This document shows positions 55,641 through 64,000 of a stretch of 64,000 nt of DNA, piece after piece (position 1 is the stretch's first letter; each line of letters begins with the position of its first letter). The position numbers and the translations under genes were made by a program. The stretch is from assembly GCA_038496445.1 (NCBI GenBank), contig JALMLS010000311.1, positions 124,001 to 188,000 on the forward strand, read 5' to 3'. This DNA comes from Trichosphaerium sp. ATCC 40318. Lineage: Eukaryota > Protista > Tubulinea. The notes beneath the pieces are model-generated. The model had not been told where the DNA came from and ran no database searches. It was given only the letters and a program-made list of their open reading frames with translations.

Positions 55641-55839
55641 GACGCTCGATGGTGTCCTTTTAACCGTTAGAGAGTGCTATCCGAAATAATTTGTACAAAG
55701 ATGTGCCACCATGTCGCAAACTCAGTGTGTATAACTTGTTTAGCATCGTCTTGCTTATACTGTTACAAACAACTCTTGAAATGGCAGTCGCGCTTAGTCC
55801 TCGTAAAACAGGCCTACCAGCGTAGCAACTACAGACAGA

Positions 55840-55871
55840 ATGCGATTTACTATCGCTTTTCTTGTATTATT
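55840..55871 (+). pseudogene. Severed 5' end (MRFTIAFLVL) of the ELWxxDGT-repeat gene
   Basis: Joining 55871 to 62583 restores MRFTIAFLVLFVANYAAGDTVVQIPDLN in frame. Confidence 0.88.
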
Positions 55872-55969
55872 TGTGATATCCTCGTACCTTAGGTTGACTT
55901 ATATTATAAATGCACTTAATAAACAGAATATTTCTACAATTACGACTTACGTTTGATCTGGATATTACA
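55872..55969 (+). repeat. 5' LTR (98 bp)
   Basis: tgtgatatcc...ggatattaca; 9/10 terminal inverted repeat; identical to 62480-62577. Confidence 0.97.
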
Positions 55970-55970
55970 G

Positions 55971-55988
55971 TGGACGACACGACCTGGA
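55971..55988 (+). other. Putative primer-binding site
   Basis: TGGACGACACGACCTGGA begins 1 nt after the LTR; TGG complements tRNA CCA; cognate tRNA not identified. Confidence 0.6.
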
Positions 55989-56234
55989 TTTAACTTACGC
56001 TAATATTCTCCGCCGGTTCGACGCATAATATTTTTCCTTCACGTTACACGCTCATATTGGTGGCGGAGAGGGATATATAGCAAACAGGCGATAAAACATT
56101 AAAACACGTGTTGTAAAGCAAAGGATTGCTTAAAAAGGCCAAAATCCTAGTGGGCTGGAGATAAAGCCCTCTATTACAGCTACGTACCTGTCCAAATTAA
56201 CAAACGAATATTCTATTTCTCTTTTAAAAAAAAA

Positions 56235-59200
56235 ATGTCTCAAAACACTGAAGATCGTTTAAAACAACTCGAATCACGCTTTAATTCGTTGGAAGGGTTT
56301 TTACGCGAAAGATTGGCACCAGCAACACCTGCTCGCAGTATACCATTACACCGATCATCCACGCCATACCAGACGCCTACTACGAGAATCTCATTACAAA
56401 CTCCTGGCTCTCCATATATTCCTGTCCCAACTACCCAAACGACAGCAATGCCTAGACCTTACAACGACAGAACTTTGCGAGTTATTACGGATCAATCCCA
56501 ACTCAACACCCAAATCGAAAATTTGGCCATTTCTACCGAAACGCAAGAGCGTATCAAACAAAGTATTCAGGAACAATTAAAGAAGCTGGACATACCACTA
56601 CAGATTAGCGACATTAGCAAACACGTTGAAGAAGTCATTGGCCTCGCTGTTTCTGTAGCTGCTGAAGAGATCGCCGACAAACTAAAAGAAGAAATATATG
56701 ATATTTTAGAAGACAATACCAAAGACGAGACTATATCACTTCCTACAACAACTCCAACATCTGATAAAACTCCTCCACCACCACCAAATAAACCAAGTAC
56801 TGGTGGTACAGCTACAATACCACCATCAACATACAAGCCAGCTAGAATTTCTCTTTCGAAACCTCCTCCGACATTTCAAAATTTTGATCCTGATGCATCA
56901 GCGCAAGGACAGCTCATATCTCTCCTCTCCGTTCTCTTGCCTTTATTCAACGCTCAAAACGTGGTACAAGACATTGTAAAACCTTTTGACGGTACTCCAA
57001 GCCGTGTTAGGTTATTCGGACATCAACTACAACAATACAACGCCAGTACAAATATTTCAGATTCGGCATTATCAAGTTTTATGATTAACAAGTTAAAGGG
57101 CACAGCTGAAAAATGGTATGAGAACAACTATAACGGAGTAGCTGAATTACCACACCCGCAAGCGCTGTTGGATCACATCATTACAGAGTTTGAAGGAAAG
57201 TACGATTACGATGAAGTCATGAGAAATTACCGAGATTTCTCTCAAGGAGAAGATATTTCTTTCAACGATTATTATCAAGAAAAGATGCTATTGGCTAAAC
57301 ACGCTGGAGTCAATCCTCACGGAAAAGGATTTTATGACGAATTATTGGCAAAGATGAAAGACTCTTTACGAACCGCTGTTATCAATCAAGGAGAACCTAC
57401 GGACAACAATGTCACCGAATTATTACAGATAGCAGAAAAAGAAGAATTGAAGGCAAAAAGAATCGAACGATACAAGAAAACTACAAAGAAGGCAACTACA
57501 AAGAATACTTCCACACCTTCAAAGACGACTCCAAGAACCCAGAAATATACAAAGGAAGAATGGGAGAAGCGCTTATTAGATAAAACCCAAAAACCGAATG
57601 AAGGCAGGTGGATTTGGTGTAATCATCACGCGAAATGGGGACGTCACAAAGAAGAAAAATGTATGTTAAACAAAACAACAGTGAGAACCAACGCTTCAAC
57701 ACCAACGCCTCAACCGGTTGTACAACAACCAGGAACACCGATGCCAAGTTATTGGCCTCACTATCAATCAGTACAGTATCAACAACCTCCGTCAAACATG
57801 TCAATGCCAACTGGTCCTTCCCCCGTATCTACAGTACCTTCTCCTAGTGCTCCAGCACAATCTCCTTTGAATACTCAACCTCTACCCTCGACTCAGATGC
57901 ATGTGCTGCCTCCTTATTTCTCGTATCCAATGGCAAGCCAATTTCCAGCGCCAAATGCCAACAGTAACACTGTAAACCAAACTAGTTTAGATAAAACTTT
58001 TTCAGCTTATGTTGTCGTTCGTATTAATGGAAAATCAATCCTTGCTTTAGTAGATAGCGGTGCTTCACACACCCTAATTAGTTTAAAGGCTGCACATGAC
58101 ATAGGACTGAGAACCTACAAACCATACAAGCTAAACTCAATGGCTGCCAACGGTAAGCCCTTACCTCTTATTGGTTATACAAAACAACCATTACAATTTG
58201 AATTTCCAATTTTTAAAACAAAATTCTCGCCATTAATAGCAAAGAACTTATCAGAACCAATGTTATTGGGCCGTGACTTTTTAGCTCAGACTGGAGCCTC
58301 TATAAACATTTCGAAAAAACTATTTTCTTTACCAAATGGTCAACATATCCCTTTAGTGGATGAACTTCCTCCTGAAACACAACTACGCTCTAGTTTATGT
58401 CGTCTTACAAAAGATGTTACAATACCTCCTTTTTCTCCCGCTATTCTAGAAGTAAAAGCAAAACATTTTCGTCATGGTTCACAAGGCATAAATCAAGCCA
58501 CCATACAATTTCTAAAAAAACACAAAGGTTTAAGCGGATCTCATACACTCACTATGCAAGAAGCAGATGGTCGCTTATTATATGAGGTTGTTAACGCTAG
58601 TCCTTCTTACATTACTCTAAATGCTAATGAAATTGTTTCCATTTTTGAACCTGTTACATCAACAAAACATGCTATTAGTGTTGATAGCCGTGAAGATGTC
58701 ATACGTGTAAAAACTAATGCGTCAAATGCTGATTTTGAAAAAACACGTGAACACATCAAGGAAGCTATCAAATTTTTTAAAGACTTTAAACCTTCTTTAC
58801 AAGTTGCAAAACGTATACACAAATTATTTTCAAAACAATTAGAAAAAGCACAAGTTGATGATGAACAAAGAAAAATCCTTTTTAATCTGCTTTGTTTCTT
58901 TGAAACTGAATTCTCAGATGAGATTACTGAGGTGAATGATACTGCCGTCAAATTTGAAATTGATACTGGCAATGCTAAACCACTACATCAACCTCCAAGA
59001 CGTTTTCCTCCTCACTATCACGAATTTATCAAAGATTTTATTAAAAAGTTTACTCGCCATGGTTTAATTCGACCATCTAAGTCGCCTTGGGCGGCACCTA
59101 TTGTAATTGTTAAAAAGAAAGATGGCACTTTACGATTTTGTATAGATTATAGGTCTTTGAACTCAGTGACAAAGCGTGATGTATACCCACTCCCAAGGGT

Positions 59201-62200
59201 AGATGATGCATTAGACGCTCTCATAGGCTCAGTCTATTTCTCAATAATGGATGCTACCAGTGGGTTTCATCAGCTAAAGATAGCAAGAAACTCCATTGAG
59301 AAAACAGCCTTTATCGACAAATCTGGACTCTACGAATGGGTTGTAATGCCCATAATATTGGGTGTATCCAATGCACCTGCAACTTGGCAAAGGTACGTAA
59401 ACCTAGTTCTTTCTGGTTTAAATTGGCAACATTGCCTTGTATATATTGACGACATTATCGTCTTTTCAAAAACTTTTGAGGAACATATTTATAGTTTGAA
59501 ATTAGTTCTTGAACGTGTGCGACAACACAAAATTAAACTAAAACCAAAAAAATGTTCTTTCTTTTTACACGAAGTTGAGTACTTGGGGTTTTTGGTCTCT
59601 GAAGACGGCATAAGACCTCACCCTGATAAAATTGAAGCCATTGTTAAAATGAACGCTCCCTCTGATGTTTCTGGTGTTCGTTCCTTCCTAGGTATGGCCA
59701 CTTACTATTCACGTTTTGTTCGAATGTTATCTGCTGCAGCATCGCCTCTGAGAGCACTATTAAAAAAAGGTGTAGACTTCTTCTGGGGACCTCACCAAGC
59801 TAAAGCTTTTAAAGATATTAAACAAGCGTTAACTTCTGCCCCTTGTTTAGCATATCCTAACTTTGAGAAGCCGTTTGAGTTACACACTGATGCGTGTAAT
59901 ATTGGTATAGGTGCTACTCTAGTACAAAAAGATGATTTCGGTAATGAAAGAGTCATAGCTTATTATTCACGTGCTTTAAATATTCATGAGCAACGCTATC
60001 ATACTCATTTGCTGGAAGCATTAGCAGTAGTAGCTGCTTGTAAGAAATTTCGCGTCTACCTGTTGTACAAACCTTTTAAAATTTACACAGATCACATTGC
60101 ACTGTTAAAATTTAAACGAACATCTCACCCGGATTCAAAAATGATCCGTTGGTCTATTTACCTTTCTGAATTTGACTTTACTATTATTCATCGTAAAGGT
60201 ATTTTAAACTCTGACTCAGATGCTCTGTCAAGACATCCCATACGTCCTGTTGCTGTAAATTATGTCAATATCAATGGCATAGTACACCCTGTGGGTTTTA
60301 TGCACAATTTCACTCCTATTTTACACCCTCGAAATTCTCAATTCTTTCCAGCATATGTGAACACTTGTAAAATCCCAAAGCAACCCCGTTTACGTTTATT
60401 TTATTTACAACGACTTGACAAACAACTGTTGGAATATATTTACTTTATTCAAGCTCCAAAAGCGTTTAAAAACTACAAAAATATTAAAAAAATCATCGCT
60501 GCTACCAAAGGTATGTTTTTAGATGAGAGTGGTATCCTTTGTCGAAAGCGTACTCCACTACCACATGAAGAACAAACAATGAAGACTGTTATTGTAGTAC
60601 CTTCAAGTATGCAAAGCGAGATCATATCTGCCCACCATGATTCAGCCACTGCTGGTCACTTGGGCGTTACAAGAACATATAATAATGTTAAATTAAAATA
60701 CTATTGGGCCGGTTTAAAACGTGATATTGAACAACACATTCGGACTTGTGAAAAATGCCAAACTGGCAAGACCTCTAGGAGATTACCGCCAGGTGCTCCA
60801 ATGCAAACAATTGAAGCAACGTTTCCGTTCCAAACTATTTCTATGGACTTGGTTGGTCCATTAACACGTACAATTAACAACCAAAACCGATGGATTCTAA
60901 CCATCACTGACTATTATACACGCTATGCCATAGCTGTATGCCTACCAGATAAAAAGTCTAAAACTGTGGCTCGTGCCTTATTTGAAAATGTTGTGTGTAT
61001 ATACGGTGCTCCCTCTATTGTTATTAGTGATCAAGGAGGAGAATTTGAAGGCATTGTAGAAGAGCTTTGTGACCTATGCAATGTTGATAAACGTACAACT
61101 GTAGCATATCACCCTCAAGCGAATGGGTTAGTTGAGAGATTTAATCATACTTTAATACAAATGATAAAAATGTTTATTACTGACTATCAAACTGATTGGG
61201 ACCAATATGTTCAATCATGCGTCTTTGCGTATAATACAACACAACACTCTGAATTGAAACAATCACCCTATTATTTAGTTTTTGGTCATCACGCTACTAC
61301 TCCCCTAGACCAAGCAATGGATTGCCTACCAAGACAAGGTGATCATACACTTGACTCATGGACTCGAAAAGTCTCCTTGGCTTTAAAGCGATCACGATCA
61401 TTGGCTGAAGAAGCTCGTTCAAATGCTTATTTACGACAGTCTAAAAGATATAACCAACGAAGAAGAAAAGAAATATATGCGGTTGGCGATTACGTACTCT
61501 TACTACGAAAACGAAAGATAGAATATGGATACACGCATAAATTTGTACACATGTGGGAAGGACCATTCAAAGTCATCAAGGTCCTCAACAAAGGCTTGGA
61601 TTATCAACTGGCTTATTCAAATGGCGATATTGATGAAAAAGTATACAATGTAGATCGACTAAGACGATATCACAAACGAAAGAATGACATTTCAACAGAT
61701 GATAACAATCAAGACAAAGAAATTTTAGAAAATATACAAGATACACCTCCTATTCCTATTCCAGCATCAAGTGAACCTCAAGGAACTTTGGGACGACAAT
61801 ATTTCAGACGTACTAAGAAGGAACTGGGATTCCGAGAATTACAACACATCCTACAATCAACAGCAAGCGCAATGGAAGATTATTATGACAACGACTTACT
61901 TAACAAAAAACGGATTACAGTCTACCATCAACAGCTCATGGGTATTCTAGGAGACAGTGCTGCCGGCTTTATCCCACGTTCATCACGTCAAAAGAAATTT
62001 TTGAAAGAGCTCAAGATTGCTGCGAAAACAGGTAAAGGATTGATTGCGTACGTTCGTAAACTTGCAGATGAATTTGATACGCAATTTGCCGTTGAGCTCG
62101 CGTCAAAACTTATTAACACCGTAACACTTGCTACTGGTGAGTCACGTAAAACGCCCTGCATTGCAGAAGAGCGTAGGACTCCACTAGACGGGTACTGTCA

Positions 62201-62336
62201 CGCTCATAATAAGGGCTACCTAAAGAGGGCAGTGGTTCCAGTAGATAGGACGCGACAGTCGCTACTGCAAAACAGACGTTTAAATGAGCAACCTTGGCCA
62301 ATCGTACTGGATTACGGTTCGTCCTTGACTAAGTAA
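56235..62336 (+). CDS. Single-frame Gag-Pol polyprotein (2033 aa)
   Basis: Gag KLKGTAEKWY and CHHC knuckle; protease ALVDSGASH; RT SPWAAP..LRFCIDYR..VYIDDI; RNase H LHTDAC..IYTDH; integrase HHCC, MDLVGP, SDQGGEF, NGLVERFN, WEGPF; no introns. Confidence 0.97.
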   Translation: MSQNTEDRLKQLESRFNSLEGFLRERLAPATPARSIPLHRSSTPYQTPTTRISLQTPGSPYIPVPTTQTTAMPRPYNDRTLRVITDQSQLNTQIENLAISTETQERIKQSIQEQLKKLDIPLQISDISKHVEEVIGLAVSVAAEEIADKLKEEIYDILEDNTKDETISLPTTTPTSDKTPPPPPNKPSTGGTATIPPSTYKPARISLSKPPPTFQNFDPDASAQGQLISLLSVLLPLFNAQNVVQDIVKPFDGTPSRVRLFGHQLQQYNASTNISDSALSSFMINKLKGTAEKWYENNYNGVAELPHPQALLDHIITEFEGKYDYDEVMRNYRDFSQGEDISFNDYYQEKMLLAKHAGVNPHGKGFYDELLAKMKDSLRTAVINQGEPTDNNVTELLQIAEKEELKAKRIERYKKTTKKATTKNTSTPSKTTPRTQKYTKEEWEKRLLDKTQKPNEGRWIWCNHHAKWGRHKEEKCMLNKTTVRTNASTPTPQPVVQQPGTPMPSYWPHYQSVQYQQPPSNMSMPTGPSPVSTVPSPSAPAQSPLNTQPLPSTQMHVLPPYFSYPMASQFPAPNANSNTVNQTSLDKTFSAYVVVRINGKSILALVDSGASHTLISLKAAHDIGLRTYKPYKLNSMAANGKPLPLIGYTKQPLQFEFPIFKTKFSPLIAKNLSEPMLLGRDFLAQTGASINISKKLFSLPNGQHIPLVDELPPETQLRSSLCRLTKDVTIPPFSPAILEVKAKHFRHGSQGINQATIQFLKKHKGLSGSHTLTMQEADGRLLYEVVNASPSYITLNANEIVSIFEPVTSTKHAISVDSREDVIRVKTNASNADFEKTREHIKEAIKFFKDFKPSLQVAKRIHKLFSKQLEKAQVDDEQRKILFNLLCFFETEFSDEITEVNDTAVKFEIDTGNAKPLHQPPRRFPPHYHEFIKDFIKKFTRHGLIRPSKSPWAAPIVIVKKKDGTLRFCIDYRSLNSVTKRDVYPLPRVDDALDALIGSVYFSIMDATSGFHQLKIARNSIEKTAFIDKSGLYEWVVMPIILGVSNAPATWQRYVNLVLSGLNWQHCLVYIDDIIVFSKTFEEHIYSLKLVLERVRQHKIKLKPKKCSFFLHEVEYLGFLVSEDGIRPHPDKIEAIVKMNAPSDVSGVRSFLGMATYYSRFVRMLSAAASPLRALLKKGVDFFWGPHQAKAFKDIKQALTSAPCLAYPNFEKPFELHTDACNIGIGATLVQKDDFGNERVIAYYSRALNIHEQRYHTHLLEALAVVAACKKFRVYLLYKPFKIYTDHIALLKFKRTSHPDSKMIRWSIYLSEFDFTIIHRKGILNSDSDALSRHPIRPVAVNYVNINGIVHPVGFMHNFTPILHPRNSQFFPAYVNTCKIPKQPRLRLFYLQRLDKQLLEYIYFIQAPKAFKNYKNIKKIIAATKGMFLDESGILCRKRTPLPHEEQTMKTVIVVPSSMQSEIISAHHDSATAGHLGVTRTYNNVKLKYYWAGLKRDIEQHIRTCEKCQTGKTSRRLPPGAPMQTIEATFPFQTISMDLVGPLTRTINNQNRWILTITDYYTRYAIAVCLPDKKSKTVARALFENVVCIYGAPSIVISDQGGEFEGIVEELCDLCNVDKRTTVAYHPQANGLVERFNHTLIQMIKMFITDYQTDWDQYVQSCVFAYNTTQHSELKQSPYYLVFGHHATTPLDQAMDCLPRQGDHTLDSWTRKVSLALKRSRSLAEEARSNAYLRQSKRYNQRRRKEIYAVGDYVLLLRKRKIEYGYTHKFVHMWEGPFKVIKVLNKGLDYQLAYSNGDIDEKVYNVDRLRRYHKRKNDISTDDNNQDKEILENIQDTPPIPIPASSEPQGTLGRQYFRRTKKELGFRELQHILQSTASAMEDYYDNDLLNKKRITVYHQQLMGILGDSAAGFIPRSSRQKKFLKELKIAAKTGKGLIAYVRKLADEFDTQFAVELASKLINTVTLATGESRKTPCIAEERRTPLDGYCHAHNKGYLKRAVVPVDRTRQSLLQNRRLNEQPWPIVLDYGSSLTK

Positions 62337-62469
62337 GCCTCATACGTTCCCAAGCAAAAACCTAAAGTTTACGAGTATTATTTTTATTTCCTGCCTTACG
62401 ACTTATGTGAATCTCCACTACCATTTCAATGCTTATTTGACTTTTCACATTGACGGATGCGTTTGATTC

Positions 62470-62479
62470 AGTGAGGGAG
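62470..62479 (+). other. Polypurine tract
   Basis: agtgagggag immediately before the 3' LTR. Confidence 0.75.
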
Positions 62480-62577
62480 TGTGATATCCTCGTACCTTAG
62501 GTTGACTTATATTATAAATGCACTTAATAAACAGAATATTTCTACAATTACGACTTACGTTTGATCTGGATATTACA
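62480..62577 (+). repeat. 3' LTR (98 bp)
   Basis: Exact copy of the 5' LTR, followed by TSD ttatt. Confidence 0.97.
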
Positions 62578-62582
62578 TTATT

Positions 62583-64000
62583 CGTTGCCAATTACGCAGC
62601 AGGCGATACTGTAGTACAAATACCCGATTTAAACATTGGAGCTACGGACAGTTTCCCAGATGTAGTACATTTCGCTCACCTAGATGGACAGCTATATTTT
62701 GCAGCAACAACTGCAGGTCCGCTTTTTATGACAGAACTTATACCTAAACTAACTCCTAGCGAACGGTATTGAGTTATTCACGCTCGATGCATCATCCACT
62801 AGTAATAATATACAACTTGCGGTACGTATAATTCGTTACGACATGATTCTCAAAAAATTTTAGTCAGACATATACGCAGGTGCCTCTGATTCATACCCAA
62901 TGCATTTAGTTGCGTATGACGTACGAGATAGTAAGTCCATAAAATAAATTGACATTCTTTTTTAGGACAAGCTTTACTTTTCTGCAGAAACAGCTTCTGG
63001 GCGCAGTTTGCATGTATATGATCCTGTCACTACAATGACTACAAAACTACAATTTAATGGCAGCGATATCGTTGACCCACAGTACCCTGTGATTCACTTT
63101 GATGTCCTCTACTTTACTTCAGAAGGCAGATTAATGTCACTAAGTGATAGTAACTTCAAAATTGAGGAGTTTAGCAACTCTAATGGCGAAGGAGAGGAAT
63201 TAAGCAAGTTGGTCGCTGTAGGTTTTGAATTATATATATTCAGAGGAAGACATCTGTTTGCTTTCAACTCATTCATTGCCTCTGGTATACTAGAATGACA
63301 ATATTGTTTTTTTCTATATTAATGCGGTATGTAGGTCCTGTGGCAGTCTTTAGACTTACCCTGGACGGAAACTTAACATCAGAGATGGTTAAGTTCAATA
63401 ATCAATTGTATTTCACCTATGCATCAGCCCTCTTCGGTAATGAAATATTCAGTTACAATCACACAGAGAATCAGATAAGCAATGGTACTCCTTTTGTATG
63501 CCTTTTTTTTTAACCTGTTGTTTCTAACTTTATTCCAGTACTTATCCGCGGAAGTGGAGATTCCTACATTGAATTTATGACACCTTATGATAATCTTTTA
63601 TGTTATGCCGCTGATTTTGTTCCTGCTTCCTTTGGACGGGAGCTTGCGTGCTATGACCCTGCTATGGTAAGTGGAAAAAAACATCATCTATTTTATTCTC
63701 TTTTTTAATGATTCAAAAAGCCAGCTCAAGACTATCAAGCTACAGAAATCAATCAATTAAGGTCTAGTTTTCCAAGATTCGTTACAGAATTCTTCGGCCT
63801 GCTATACTTTCAAGCTCAGAATGATGGTGAAAATAAAGAATTGTATAGCAATAATGGCACAATTGCATCTAGTACTGTCGAAGAGCTTAACTCTGGTGGC
63901 TCTTCTTTCCCAGCAAACTTCTTCAGTACGTTAAGAAACTTAGGAATTGCACGGAACCTGCTAATAACTGGCTTGTTGTAGAGTGGGAAGCTAACCGCCA
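62583..64000 (+). CDS. Body of secreted ELWxxDGT-repeat-like beta-propeller protein (interrupted allele; runs off the window)
   Basis: Repeats LDGQLYFAATTAANGIELFTLD, YDDKLYFSAE, FNNQLYFTYASALFGNEIFSYN, FGRELACYD, LLYFQAQNDGENKELYSNNGT, ELNSGGSSFPANF; short GT-AG introns. Confidence 0.75.

Larger units (their letters stand above)
55872..62577 (+). mobile_element. Full-length Ty3/gypsy LTR retrotransposon
   Basis: Identical 98-bp TG...CA LTRs, TTATT target-site duplication (55867-55871 and 62578-62582), PBS-like and PPT-like sites, PR-RT-RH-IN order. Confidence 0.97.

Noticed and set aside
56000-56075. tRNA gene suggested by GGTTCGAC, or a second PBS at TGGCGGAGAGGG
   Set aside because: No cloverleaf or A box; the second site is about 90 nt from the LTR.

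Overview
Gene-dense, AT-rich eukaryotic nuclear DNA from an unidentified protist (amoebozoan-like gene content is a guess). It uses the standard genetic code and has very many short spliceosomal introns (mostly 35-60 nt), so the ORF track shows only exon fragments. By manual splicing I assembled about 25 genes: a signal-peptide methyltransferase, MRNIP, TTC33, a CaaX coiled-coil protein, MGMT, an AGAP-like GTPase-PH-ArfGAP-ANK protein, Sec61beta, a possible SHOC1-like protein, LSM2, UBXN1, PSMG1, a WRN-like RecQ, a half-size ABCA transporter, a DOCK GEF, a myristoylated coiled-coil protein, a bacterial-type YgeA racemase, an F-box/WD40 protein, a HEPN-like protein, a ubiquitin relic, a HugZ/GluTRBP-like protein and an ELWxxDGT-repeat protein. 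Main oddities: (1) a very recent Ty3/gypsy element with identical LTRs of only 98 bp, inserted into the signal-peptide codons of the ELWxxDGT gene; (2) two introns that appear to need a TGG rather than an AG acceptor, plus several GC donors; (3) strong enrichment of CACGTG, much of it intronic; (4) bacterial-type genes that now carry introns. Gene models are hand-built and family calls rest on remembered motifs, not database searches.
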